A stretch of 64,000 nucleotides of DNA from an uncultured Pseudomonadota bacterium. GTDB lineage: Bacteria > Myxococcota_A > Polyangia > Fen-1088. Shown here piece after piece: positions 31,201 through 40,145 of this stretch; within the stretch, counting starts at the first letter, position 1; each line of letters opens with the position of its first letter. The notes beneath the pieces were generated by a model. The model made no database searches. It saw only the letters and a list, made by a program, of their open reading frames with translations, and was not told the DNA's origin. Location of the stretch: assembly GCA_963847705.1 (NCBI GenBank), contig CAWKBC010000001.1:96001-160000 (forward strand), in the 5' to 3' direction. A program made the position numbers and the translations under genes.

Positions 31201-32104
31201 CATCGAGCTGTCCGAGGCGGTGGCGCGGGCCATCGAGCTCGCCAATCCCATCGTCGAGCAGCGCGGACACTACCTGGAGCTGGACCTTCCGCAGCGCGGG
31301 CTGATCGTGCACGCGGATCCGGTGCGGCTGGCCCAGGTGGTGGCCAACCTGCTCACCAACGCGGCCAAATACACCGACGCCAAGGGGACGATCGCCGTGT
31401 CGGGTGGCCGGGAGGGTGAGCACGTCGTCCTCAAGGTTCGCGACACCGGCATCGGCATCACCCCGTCGATGCTCCCCCGGGTGTTCGATCTCTTCGCGCA
31501 GGAGTGGCAGGCCTCCGATCGCTCGCACGGCGGCCTCGGCCTGGGGCTGAGCATCGTGCGCAGCCTGGTCAACCTCCATGGCGGAACCGTGGAGGCACAC
31601 AGCTTCGGCCTGGGGCATGGCTCCGAGTTCGTGGTGCGCCTTCCGGCTGCAGTCGTCGGGGACAGCGTCGACGAACGAGCGAGCGCACCTCAGGGAGCCA
31701 GAGCATCGCGGAACGGGCGGAAGATCCTGGTGGTGGACGACAACCAGGACGTGGCCGAAACGCTCGCCGACCTGCTCGAAGACACAGGCCACGTCGTCCG
31801 GATTGCCCAGGACGGTCCGGCCGCCTTGCGAATCCTGGACTCGTTTGTTCCCGATCTGGCCCTGCTCGATATTGGCCTGCCGGTCATGGACGGCTATGAG
31901 CTGGCCCGCCAAATTCTGGAACGGAACGGGCTCCAGAACATGTCGCTGGTCGCGGTGTCCGGCTACGGTCAAGAGGCAGACCAGAAGAGAGCCCATCAAT
32001 CGGGATTCGTCGCCCACCTGGTCAAACCGGTCGACCCGGATCGCTTGATTGCCATCGTCGAAGAGCTCACAGAACCCCTAGAAGCAGACGCTCAGAGGAG
32101 TTAG
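28223..32104 (+). CDS. hybrid sensor kinase PAS-GAF-HK-REC-PAS-HK-REC
   Basis: DWSTTPLGP, SHEFRTPL, ADDNAD/SDVMMP, GHELRNPL, VVDDNQD/LDIGLP. Confidence 0.93.
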   Translation: MSTPKSMVGESSVDPLFSGAGEIAALMRARDWSTTPLGPPADWDRSLRTVVRIMLTSRYAMWMGWGPDLTFFYNDAYAPTLGAKHPWALGQPARQVWAEIWEAIGPRIDTVLQHGEATWDSGLLLFLERNGYPEETYHTFSYSPLPRDDGGVGGMLCVVTEETDRILGERRLALLRDLASRLAAIKATEEVFAAVEHCLGRNSPDLPFSLTYLFEDDARRARLVSRTEISAEHPAAAAVVEMSGVPFRWPFADVVAQSTVPVVVELDAAVPWPRGNWPRSPDRALLVPIPAQGQTRPAGVFIAGLNVHRPLDDAYRAFIRLFVGQLTAGLANARAYEAERRRSEALAEIDRAKTTFFSNVSHEFRTPLTLMLGPIEDALAERERFSVEDAERWELLHRNGLRLSKLVNTLLDFARIEAGRLEAAYEATDLSALTRDLASAFRSAIERAGLRLTVDAPPLAAAAYVDRDMWEKIVLNLLSNALKFTFEGEISVSLRGEGEHLHLTVADTGVGVAPEELPHLFDRFYRVRGAESRTHEGTGIGLALVQELARLHGGTVAAASVVGQGTTFTVTIPNGSAELSGRRSTAGTMPVSTALGTRPFVEEALRWLPADTGNQLTGPGIDAQSGENDPGQGSGSGRNAPLILLADDNADVRRYVSRILGEKWAVEAVADGEAALRAVQIRRPDLILSDVMMPKLDGFGLVKALREDPATTDLPIILLSARAGEDATAEGLGQGANDYLVKPFSSRELVARVAAQLERARAQEIIKKNAEAERRRLHSFLMEAPAAIAILRGPKLVFELANDRCSEIFGKRAVVGMPGREALPELAEQGVWDLLDRVFSTGEPFFATEFAARFAGDNGRPGEAKVFNWVAQPTRDEQGQIDGVMVFAVEVTEQAAARRQVEQARATERELRRAAEEGNRAKDEFLAMLGHELRNPLAPIVTALHLMRLRGSDRTEKQRAIIERQVKHLTRLVDDLLDVSRITRGKVELKRRAIELSEAVARAIELANPIVEQRGHYLELDLPQRGLIVHADPVRLAQVVANLLTNAAKYTDAKGTIAVSGGREGEHVVLKVRDTGIGITPSMLPRVFDLFAQEWQASDRSHGGLGLGLSIVRSLVNLHGGTVEAHSFGLGHGSEFVVRLPAAVVGDSVDERASAPQGARASRNGRKILVVDDNQDVAETLADLLEDTGHVVRIAQDGPAALRILDSFVPDLALLDIGLPVMDGYELARQILERNGLQNMSLVAVSGYGQEADQKRAHQSGFVAHLVKPVDPDRLIAIVEELTEPLEADAQRS

Positions 32105-32151
32105 CCCGCCGCTGTGCGAATGCCCCCCCTCACCGCGCGCGGCAATGAGAG

Positions 32152-32274
32152 GACGACCTGATGGTGTGGCGTCCGTCGGACGGCAACTGGTACATGTTCC
32201 CGAGCAACTGGCAGGGCGCCTACAACCACTTCGACAAGGACTGCTACGATGCCGGGGATGCTCCCATCCCCTGA
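32152..32274 (+). pseudogene. FG-GAP/VCBS-repeat C-terminal remnant or 37-aa small ORF
   Basis: Translation DDLMVWRPSDGNWYMFPSNWQGAYNHFDKDCYDAGDAPIP*; D.AV(W/Y)RPS.G.WY...GD.P is the FG-GAP-like repeat pattern. Confidence 0.5.
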
Positions 32275-32397
32275 CGTCGGGTCTCATTGTCCTGGCTGGA
32301 TAATAGGAGTCGGGCAGACGTAGGCCGCAGCGGAAAGGGTGCGGGGGGAGGCGTTGGCGCCCCGGGCGGCAGCCGTCCGTCGCAACCGCGCGCGGGT

Positions 32398-33153
32398 TTA
32401 CCGAAGCACGCGGCGCTGGAACAGCGGAGACCGCACCAGGCCCATGCGATCGAGCCGGTACTGCACGGCGGTGGCGCAACAAAGGATTCCGTAGCGCAGG
32501 CTGTGGCGGAAATTGATGCTCGAGGCTTCGGCGAAGTATTTGGTCGGGCAGGTCAACTCGGCGATTCGGAAGCCGAGCGCGTGGGCTTGCACGAGGGCCT
32601 GATTGTCGAAGATGTAATCGTCCGAGTTGCGGTGATACGGAATGCCCTCCAACACGCGGCGCCGGTAGGCGCGAAAGCCGGTGTGGTACTCGGAGAGCTT
32701 CTGCCCGGTGACGATGTTTTCGAACAGCGTGAGCGCCCGGTTGGCCACGTACTTGTAAAGAGGCATGCCGCCCTCGAGCGCGCCGTTTCCCAGGATGCGC
32801 GAGCCGAGCACGATGTCGTAGACGTCCTCGACAAGGACGCTGACCATGGCCCGCACGAGCTTCGGCGTGTACTGGTAGTCGGGATGGAGCATGACGACGA
32901 TGTCCGCACCGAGGCCGAGGGCCGTGTCGTAGCAGGTCTTCTGATTGGCGCCGTAGCCGCGATTCGCGTCGTGGAGGATGGCATGCTTGATCCCCAGCGC
33001 TTTGGCCAGCGCCAGCGTGTCATCGGCGCTTCGGTCGTCGACCAACACGACCTCGTCGACGATGTCGGTCGGAATCTCGCGATAGGTCTGTTCCAGCGTT
33101 CTTGCGGCGTTGTGGGCCGGCAGAACCACGACAATCTTGTGACCGAGCAACAT
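32398..33153 (-). CDS. glycosyltransferase family 2 (DPM1-like)
   Basis: VVVLPAHNAA, LVDDRSADDT, NRGYGANQK, MLHPDYQY, EYHTGFRAY. Confidence 0.9.
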   Translation of the reverse strand: MLLGHKIVVVLPAHNAARTLEQTYREIPTDIVDEVVLVDDRSADDTLALAKALGIKHAILHDANRGYGANQKTCYDTALGLGADIVVMLHPDYQYTPKLVRAMVSVLVEDVYDIVLGSRILGNGALEGGMPLYKYVANRALTLFENIVTGQKLSEYHTGFRAYRRRVLEGIPYHRNSDDYIFDNQALVQAHALGFRIAELTCPTKYFAEASSINFRHSLRYGILCCATAVQYRLDRMGLVRSPLFQRRVLR

Positions 33154-33263
33154 CGTGGAGCACCCACTCTACAGGGTGCCGGTTCGGTCTGCTCGGGCCG
33201 GGGAGGGCCGATCGGCCTATTGGCGCCTGGCGATCTTGCGGCTTGAATGACCCGCGGGTGATC

Positions 33264-34688
33264 ATGCGCATCCAGAGTCCAGGATCAGTCGCCGTCGGTC
33301 TCGTGTCTGGTCTCGTCGCGCTTTCGCTGGCCGGCTGCGGCGGCTCAACCGGGAGTGGAGGGGCCGGCGGCGGCCCGGGTGGCGAAGAGACCGGAGGGCA
33401 CAATGGAGCCGGGGGAGCCTTCGCAACCGGGGGCTCGGTCGGCTCCGGCGGCGCGGCAGGCCGGGGAGGCGGATCCGGCGGAACGTCGGTGGGGAGCGGC
33501 GGCTCGGGCGGCGCGGTCGGCGCGGTCGGCTCGGGCGGCGCGGTCGGCGCGGTCGGCTCAGGCGGCGCGGTCGGCCCGGGCGGCTCGGGCGGGAAAGGCG
33601 GCCTCGGTGGTGCAACCGCGCGGGGCGGCTCGGGCGGCGGGGCCGCGAAGGGTGGGGCGGGCGGTGGCGGGGCAATGGGCGGTGCCGCCGGGAGCTCCGC
33701 CGGTGGCGGCGCGGCGGGCTCGTCGACGTCGGATGCGGGCGCCGGGTCCTCGAACGCCACGCTCGTCCCGGACCCTTCCTGGGCCTGCGGGATGGCGAAG
33801 GGCATCGCGGCGCCGGCCCGCGGCACGCTGGTGTTCCGTGCGACGCTGCAGCTGACGGCAACCCAGGACGTGGGAACCACGCAGTACGGCCATCGGCGAA
33901 TCTTCGACATCGGCGGCGGGACCGCGACGGGCTCGCGGTTGCAGGCCACGTTCCTCAAGGGGGGCTTCGACTTCGAGCTCACGCTCTCGAACGGTGTCGT
34001 CGAGCAGGAACAGATCGACGTGCTCGAGGCCAGCGACGGCACGCTCATTTACCTCCGGACCTGCGGCGTTGCGCCCGCGGGCGACTCGGAGATCCGGATC
34101 GTCCCCGACTTCGAGGTGGCCACATCCAGCTCGCTGGCCTGGCTCAACACCGGCGTCTTCGCCGGGACGCTGACGGTCGACAGCACGGGCACGACGATGG
34201 AGCTGGACGTCTACGACATCTCCAGCGTTCCGACCGGCAGCCCTTCGATCCAGCTTTCGGTCCCGGCCGGCGCGACACCGCAGCCCTGGGACTGCTCGAC
34301 CGCCACGGGAGCCAAGGGCGCCAGCGTGTTCACCGAGAACGTGACCCTCGGGTCTTCGCTGTCGATCGGCGCCAGCAAGCGAGGAACACGGAACATCATC
34401 CCGATCACCGGAGGCTCGGTGAGCGGCCAGGTGGCGGGGACCGTCCTTTACGGCGGCGGCGACTATCAGCTGCTCGGCAGCCCGACCAAGCTGGACGCCC
34501 GCTACGTCATCTCGGCCAACGGAAACTACGTCATCGTTCGGAACTGCGGTCCGCTGGGCTCGCTGGTCCCCTGGTTCGAGGCCCGGGCCGACGGTCCCTA
34601 CGCCTTTCTGAACGCCAACGACTTCGTGAGCTCCGACCCGGGGTCCGGCAGCGGCGGCGTCAGCATCACGTTCTACCAGCGCCAATGA
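33264..34688 (+). CDS. lipoprotein with long Gly-rich linker and two tandem DUF3237-like domains
   Basis: Lipobox LAGC; GTTQYGHRRIFDIGGG...GGFDF...PDFEV...WLN and GTRNIIPITGG...GGGDYQ...LDARY...PWFEA...YAFLN. Confidence 0.75.
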   Translation: MRIQSPGSVAVGLVSGLVALSLAGCGGSTGSGGAGGGPGGEETGGHNGAGGAFATGGSVGSGGAAGRGGGSGGTSVGSGGSGGAVGAVGSGGAVGAVGSGGAVGPGGSGGKGGLGGATARGGSGGGAAKGGAGGGGAMGGAAGSSAGGGAAGSSTSDAGAGSSNATLVPDPSWACGMAKGIAAPARGTLVFRATLQLTATQDVGTTQYGHRRIFDIGGGTATGSRLQATFLKGGFDFELTLSNGVVEQEQIDVLEASDGTLIYLRTCGVAPAGDSEIRIVPDFEVATSSSLAWLNTGVFAGTLTVDSTGTTMELDVYDISSVPTGSPSIQLSVPAGATPQPWDCSTATGAKGASVFTENVTLGSSLSIGASKRGTRNIIPITGGSVSGQVAGTVLYGGGDYQLLGSPTKLDARYVISANGNYVIVRNCGPLGSLVPWFEARADGPYAFLNANDFVSSDPGSGSGGVSITFYQRQ

Positions 34689-35172
34689 CCGCCACGGCTG
34701 ATGAGCGCCGCGCGCCGGTCGAGAGAGCCTTGCCGAAGCGAGGCTTGCCTGCCGGCAGAGCGTGCCAGACGGAAGCGGAAGCCAAGCCCGCCTTCCTGCG
34801 CGCGTTCGACTCGGCGAGGCTTTGGACGTCGCTCCACCTCCCCGTCAGGAGCCTGGTCGCACGTCTCACGGCCCGAATCCAATGCAGCAAGATCCAATCG
34901 CCGGGATCCTCCCCCATCTCTTGGCGGATACGCTGGTAACAGGAGTCGAGGTCATATCCCGCATGCGAGGTCACGTCCCGCCAGCGCAGGCCCAGACGCC
35001 TCACCAGTTCCCTCTCCGCCGCCTGTCCGGCGGCGGTGAGGGTGAGCCAGTCATCGAGGGAGCCGTTCGCAATGACCCGCGCGGCGATCGTGTGGCCCGC
35101 GTCGTGATAGGCAGCGAGGATGGCGTCCGAAGGATGACCGGCCTCTGTTCGCGAATCGCCTGGAGTCTTCAC
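34666..35172 (-). CDS. hypothetical protein with degenerate M41-like AYHDAGH motif
   Basis: AAYHDAGH, AAGQAAE, DL and W..V..LAE resemble FtsH-type peptidase domain elements; atypical codon usage. Confidence 0.4.
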   Translation of the reverse strand: MKTPGDSRTEAGHPSDAILAAYHDAGHTIAARVIANGSLDDWLTLTAAGQAAERELVRRLGLRWRDVTSHAGYDLDSCYQRIRQEMGEDPGDWILLHWIRAVRRATRLLTGRWSDVQSLAESNARRKAGLASASVWHALPAGKPRFGKALSTGARRSSAVAVIGAGRT

Positions 35173-35250
35173 GCCCCTGCATTTGCTGCGACGGAGGCGA
35201 ACTTGTCAGAAAATGCAACCAACCCCCAGACGACGACCTCTGGTGTCAGT

Positions 35251-35281
35251 CTCCCTGACAACGGCCGAGGCCTGCCGACAA
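35251..35281 (+). promoter_or_regulatory. GACAA-N15-GACAA direct repeat upstream of the AraC gene
   Basis: GACAA at 35257 and 35277; same arrangement recurs at other carbohydrate-gene promoters. Confidence 0.6.
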
Positions 35282-35294
35282 GTACATAACAGGC

Positions 35295-36314
35295 ATGGAT
35301 GAGAGGGCGACCGGACGCCGCGCGAACTGGCCAAGCGTCTTGCAACCTGACGCGCCTGCGCCCACGGTGATGGCGCGAGCGGCGCGCGGTGGAATGGCAT
35401 CCCTGCTGAGGGCACTCGACGAGATTCGCTCCCTCGATGATACCGACCTCATCCTGCGCCGCGCGATCGAGCTCGCCCGCGATCGAATAGGTTTGAAGCG
35501 CGCGGGGATCTTCGTGCTCGATACCTCCCGGAGGGTGATGCTGGGGACGTGGGGGATGGATCTCTCCTGCACCGTCGTCGATGAACATCAAGTCATCTAC
35601 GAGCTCTGCGGGACCGACGAGGAGGCGCTGCGCCGCGCCGCGGACGAGAGAATGCATTTCACAGTCTTCGAGAACTGCCCGATCATCGAGCACCACCGAG
35701 GCGAGACTCGGATTGCTGGACGCGGCTGGGTGGCAAAGACGCCGATCCGATCGCGGGACATGGCAATCGGGATGATGTTCAACGACGCGGGATTGACCGG
35801 CGCTCCTTTCGACGACGCGAAGCAGGCACAAGCTGCCATCCTCTGCATGATGCTCGGGTCAGTGCTGGACCCCCTGCGCGGGCTCCATGGGCATCGGGTC
35901 GGTCCCCTCTTCGAATCGCCCAGCCAGTCGATCGTCTCCTCGACGGTCGCGATGCTGGACGCAGAGCCGGGAATGAGTGGAGGGGAGATCGCCAGGTCGT
36001 TGAACATCAGTCAGTCGCATCTCGGTCGCGCGTTCAGAGCCGTCAAAGGAATGTCGCTCGTTGATTACCGGAATCGGTTGCGCGTGGAAAAGTTCATTGC
36101 GCTCCTCGAGCGCGGTGAGACCAACCTTCTCGATGCGGCGTTGGAGGCCGGGTTCGGCAGTTATTCTCACTTCCACCGCGTGTTTTTGGAGCAACGGCGC
36201 GTGACCCCCAGCGAGCACCTTCGCCGGTTGAACAGCGGGCGTCGCGCCTCAAGGCTGTCCGACAGCGTCGAGCAGGGCCGCCACGACGGCCGTGGCCGCC
36301 GCTTCTCGAAGTGA
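35295..36314 (+). CDS. AraC family transcriptional regulator with GAF-like N-terminal domain
   Basis: IARSLNISQSHLGRAFRAVKGMS, YRNRLRVE, AALEAGFGSYSHFHRVF...TPSE; exact start uncertain. Confidence 0.9.
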   Translation: MDERATGRRANWPSVLQPDAPAPTVMARAARGGMASLLRALDEIRSLDDTDLILRRAIELARDRIGLKRAGIFVLDTSRRVMLGTWGMDLSCTVVDEHQVIYELCGTDEEALRRAADERMHFTVFENCPIIEHHRGETRIAGRGWVAKTPIRSRDMAIGMMFNDAGLTGAPFDDAKQAQAAILCMMLGSVLDPLRGLHGHRVGPLFESPSQSIVSSTVAMLDAEPGMSGGEIARSLNISQSHLGRAFRAVKGMSLVDYRNRLRVEKFIALLERGETNLLDAALEAGFGSYSHFHRVFLEQRRVTPSEHLRRLNSGRRASRLSDSVEQGRHDGRGRRFSK

Positions 36315-36525
36315 TTTGCGTGACAACTTCAGATCCGGCGGGAACAACGACAGGGGACCGGCGGGGTGGGCGGTTCGGGAGTCGGACCCGACCGATCCGG
36401 GCCAGTCGAAGAGCTGGGAATATCAAAATGTCTGGACCTTTCTCGGGCAATTCCGAGGCCGACCCGGCGGTCGCATCTTCGAGGTCCCCGGGGTGAAGAT
36501 TTCTGCGGGATTTTGCTCGATCTAA

Positions 36526-36543
36526 ATATTAATCTGTTAATAT
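36526..36543. promoter_or_regulatory. palindrome ATATTAA-N4-TTAATAT upstream of the GGDEF-EAL gene
   Basis: Perfect 7-4-7 inverted repeat in an AT-rich patch. Confidence 0.5.
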
Positions 36544-36600
36544 CGCGTATGTGAGCTTACGCGTTATAGCTTATCAGATGTTGGACGAGGCGGCGTCCAG

Positions 36601-38397
36601 GTGAGCCGGGCCCTGCGCGTGAGAGCCGGCTCCCCCACCGCTGACGCCGCGCTCACCGGCGAGACCAGCGAGGAGATCTTGCAACTCGAAGACGCCATCT
36701 TCTTGCTCGAGACGTTGATGGACAACGTCCCTGACGCCATCTACTTCAAGGATCTCGACAGCCGCTTCACACGCGTCAACCGATACGCGGCCGCGCGGTT
36801 TGGCGTCGCTGGCCCGGCGCACGCTGTCGGTCGAACCGACTTCGACTTCTTCACCGGCGAGCATGCCCAGCAGGCGCTGAGGGACGAGCAAGAGATCATC
36901 CGCACCGGACAGCCGTTGGTGAACGTGGAGGAGAAGGAGACGCTGGCGAACGGCGAGATCCGCTGGGTCTCGACGACCAAGCTCCCCTTGCGCGATCGGA
37001 AGGGGGAGATCGTGGGGACCTTCGGGATCTCGCGAGACATCAGCGACCGCAAGAAGGCCGAGGAGCAGCTCCAGCGGCAGGTGTTCTACGATCCACTCAC
37101 CGATCTCCCCAACCGCGCGCTGTTCCTCGACCGGTTACAGCACCTGTTTCACCGGGCCCGGCGCTCGTTGGGCAGTCCGCAGTTCGCGGTGCTGTACCTC
37201 GATCTCGATCGCTTCAAGTCGGTCAACGACAGCCTCGGACACCAGGTCGGTGATGAGCTCCTGATCGCCACTGCGCGCCGGCTCGAACGCTGCTTGCGTC
37301 CAGGCGACACGCTGGCGCGCCTCGGCGGCGACGAGTTCACGGTCCTGCTCGACGATGTGCGCTCCGAGGCGGACGCCACGGGCGTGGCCCAGCGGATCCA
37401 TCAGGAGATGGCCGCCTCACTCGAGGTGCGGGGCGCGGAGGTGTTCACCAGCGTCAGCGTCGGCATCGCGCTGTCGAGCGCGGGCTACGAGTCCCCCGAG
37501 GACATGCTGCGGGATGCGGACACGGCGATGTACCGAGCGAAGGAAGGCGGGCGCGCCGGCCATCGGGTGTTCGACGGGGACATGCACCGACGGGCGGTCT
37601 CCTCCCTGCGGCTCGAAACGGATCTTCGACGCGCGCTCGAGCGTCAGGAAGTCGTCCCCTACTACCAACCGATCGTGGAGCTCGACACGGGCACGTTGGT
37701 CGGGTTCGAGGCGCTCGCGCGTTGGCGGCATCCGACCAGGGGAATCCTTCTGCCCGATCTCTTCATTCCCGTCGCGGAAGAGACCGGGCTGGTCGTGGAG
37801 CTCGGTGCCCGGATGCTGGAGGAGGCCTGCCGGCAGGCGCGCGAATGGCAGCGCGCGCATCCGCGCTGGTCGGCGCTCGGGATGAGCGTCAACGTCTCCG
37901 GCCGACAGCTCTCCCAGGGCGGCCTCGCCGCCGAGGTCGAACGCGTGCTGGCCGCGACCGGCCTGGAACCCACCAGTTTGACCCTCGAGATCACGGAGAG
38001 CGCGCTCATGCACAACCTGACCGCCGGAGCGGTAACGGTCGAGCGCCTGCACGCCATGTCCGTCGGCCTGCACCTGGACGACTTCGGGACGGGCTACTCC
38101 TCGCTCGGGTACCTGCAAAGCCTCCCCGCGCAAGGACTGAAGATCGATCGTTCCTTCGTCAGCCGCATGGACCAGGCGCCGCAGCAGCTGGCGATCGTCA
38201 AGGCGATCGTTTCACTGGCACAGGATCTCGGGATGGAGGTGATCGCCGAGGGGCTCGAGACGCGGGCGCAGGTGGAGACCCTCCGCGCGTTCGGCTGCCG
38301 GCTCGGGCAAGGATTCCGGTTTTCGAAGCCACTGCCCGCGGAGCAAGCGGAGCGGCTCCTCGCCAGCGGCGTTCCCACCATCTACAAACGACTCTAG
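36601..38397 (+). CDS. PAS-GGDEF-EAL diguanylate cyclase/phosphodiesterase
   Basis: PAS (YFKD..SRF), DPLTDLPNR, RLGGDEF, FEALARW, LDDFGTGYSSL, AEGLET. Confidence 0.95.
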   Translation: MSRALRVRAGSPTADAALTGETSEEILQLEDAIFLLETLMDNVPDAIYFKDLDSRFTRVNRYAAARFGVAGPAHAVGRTDFDFFTGEHAQQALRDEQEIIRTGQPLVNVEEKETLANGEIRWVSTTKLPLRDRKGEIVGTFGISRDISDRKKAEEQLQRQVFYDPLTDLPNRALFLDRLQHLFHRARRSLGSPQFAVLYLDLDRFKSVNDSLGHQVGDELLIATARRLERCLRPGDTLARLGGDEFTVLLDDVRSEADATGVAQRIHQEMAASLEVRGAEVFTSVSVGIALSSAGYESPEDMLRDADTAMYRAKEGGRAGHRVFDGDMHRRAVSSLRLETDLRRALERQEVVPYYQPIVELDTGTLVGFEALARWRHPTRGILLPDLFIPVAEETGLVVELGARMLEEACRQAREWQRAHPRWSALGMSVNVSGRQLSQGGLAAEVERVLAATGLEPTSLTLEITESALMHNLTAGAVTVERLHAMSVGLHLDDFGTGYSSLGYLQSLPAQGLKIDRSFVSRMDQAPQQLAIVKAIVSLAQDLGMEVIAEGLETRAQVETLRAFGCRLGQGFRFSKPLPAEQAERLLASGVPTIYKRL

Positions 38398-38460
38398 GCG
38401 GAGGCGGCAGGCCCCTGCGGGCCTGCGGGTCGAGCAGCCACGGGGCCGTTGGCCGTCGAG

Positions 38461-39978
38461 TCAGACCCGCCGTCGACGGCGGGCAAGGGCGAGCAGGGCA
38501 AGTCCAAGGGCAAGGGCGGCTTCCAGGTCGGCGTGTGCCTTCCCCGTCGCTCCGCCAAGCGCACAGCTGCAGCCGCCACTGGAGTCGGACTCGGTCCCGC
38601 CGGACGAGCCGCCGCTTCCCACCTCTCCGCCGGTGCCGGCGCTCGAGGTTCCGCCCGAGCCGCTGCCTCCGGTCGCCGCCTGACCGCCCGTCGCGCTGCC
38701 GCCGGCGCCGAACGCTCCGCCGGTGCCAGTCGCGCCGCCCGAGCCCGGTGTGCCGCCGGTCCCATTGCCGCCGCTGCCCGGCGTCCCTCCCTCCCCCGAC
38801 GCTCCACCGGTCGCTCCGTTCCCTGCGTGCCCGCCGACGCCGCCGCCCCCGCCGCCTCCGACAGAGCCGCCGCGCCCCGCCGATCCCCCGCTTCCGCTGG
38901 TTCCGCCGGTGCTCCCGCCCTTGCCGCCAGCGCCGCCGCTGCCGACGGCGCCTGCGCCTCCACCTGCGCCACCAGCTCCTCCCGTCGAGCAGGCGGCGAT
39001 CTCGGGATCCACCGGACCGGTCTTGTCGAGACCCAAGAAGGGGACGACGTAGGTCGCGTCGAAGAGAGCGTCCGAGGGGCCGTGATCGCCGCCGATCGAC
39101 GTGAAAGCATCGAGGACGACGTAGCCGCACGAATTCTTCCACTGCTGCCGCGTCGCCTGGTGAGTCCCCAGGGTCAGCCCGGTCGTCGTCGACGTCGGGC
39201 TGGTGCTCAACCCCAGAACGTTGGTCCACTGCTTGATGGCTTCGCCGAAATTTTTGTAGCTGATGGTGGGATCGGAGTCGCCGTGGAAGAGCTGCACGCG
39301 GGGGCGAGGTCCCGTGTATCCCGGGTCCATTCCCCGCGCGAGATCCCCCCATTGCTGCGCGGTCATGATGTCGTTGCCGCCCGCGCAGGTCCCACCCCAG
39401 TTGCTGGCGGCGCTCCAACCGTCGGACCAACATCCGGCCGGCACCCCGGCGAACGAGGCGCCCCCCTTGAACACGTCGGGGTAGACGGCCATCAGCGCCT
39501 GCGTCATCATCGCGCCCGACGAGTCTCCCGTCGCGTACACGCGATCGGCGTTGGCGCCGTACTTGGTGATCGTGTACTTCACCATCTCTGCGATGGCCTG
39601 GGTGTCGCCGCCGCCGTCGTGCGTGAGCGAGGCCTTCGAGCCGACGTCCCAGCATTTCGCGGAGGTCGCGGGGTTGGTCGTCTGCGGGAAGATCATGATG
39701 AAGCCGTACTGGTCGGCGGCCGCCACGACCCCGCCCCCTTGCGCCTGCCCAAAAACGGCGGAGGCACTGCCTCCGCAGAAGTGCGAGACGACCAGGATCG
39801 GCGGGTCCGTCGCCAGCTTGTCCGGCACGTAGATGTACATGCTGATGTAGCTGGGGACGCCGCTCGCTCCCCAGTTGCTGACCGGCTGCAGCGACGCCGC
39901 CTCAGCCGGCCTGGCCACCAGCCAGCCGAGCAACGTGGTGAGGAGGAGAACACGCGCAACGGTAACCCTGGGGGACAT
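38461..39978 (-). CDS. CE1 / PHB-depolymerase-family esterase (acetylxylan/feruloyl esterase-like) with MYXO-CTERM anchor
   Basis: Signal peptide, MYIYVPD, HFCGGSA, CWDV, nucleophile GDSSG, HGDSD; Gly/Ser linker then SSGGCSC...TM-RRRRR. Confidence 0.85.
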   Translation of the reverse strand: MSPRVTVARVLLLTTLLGWLVARPAEAASLQPVSNWGASGVPSYISMYIYVPDKLATDPPILVVSHFCGGSASAVFGQAQGGGVVAAADQYGFIMIFPQTTNPATSAKCWDVGSKASLTHDGGGDTQAIAEMVKYTITKYGANADRVYATGDSSGAMMTQALMAVYPDVFKGGASFAGVPAGCWSDGWSAASNWGGTCAGGNDIMTAQQWGDLARGMDPGYTGPRPRVQLFHGDSDPTISYKNFGEAIKQWTNVLGLSTSPTSTTTGLTLGTHQATRQQWKNSCGYVVLDAFTSIGGDHGPSDALFDATYVVPFLGLDKTGPVDPEIAACSTGGAGGAGGGAGAVGSGGAGGKGGSTGGTSGSGGSAGRGGSVGGGGGGGVGGHAGNGATGGASGEGGTPGSGGNGTGGTPGSGGATGTGGAFGAGGSATGGQAATGGSGSGGTSSAGTGGEVGSGGSSGGTESDSSGGCSCALGGATGKAHADLEAALALGLALLALARRRRRV

Positions 39979-40095
39979 GTCGAGGGATTGTCCGACCCGC
40001 GAAAAATTGTCACGCCGGGCGCGATTTGCGCCCGAGCACGACGCCGAATCGCCAGGGACTCCCATCCGATGCGTGAAAAGGAGGATGCCCCCACA

Positions 40096-40127
40096 TTTGC
40101 GTGACAAGAGGGCGGCCCGAGGGACAA
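40096..40127 (+). promoter_or_regulatory. TTTGCGTGACAA-N15-GACAA direct repeat upstream of araB
   Basis: GACAA at 40103 and 40123; similar flanks at 58387-58429. Confidence 0.65.
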
Positions 40128-40145
40128 CAACCACTAGACAGCATC

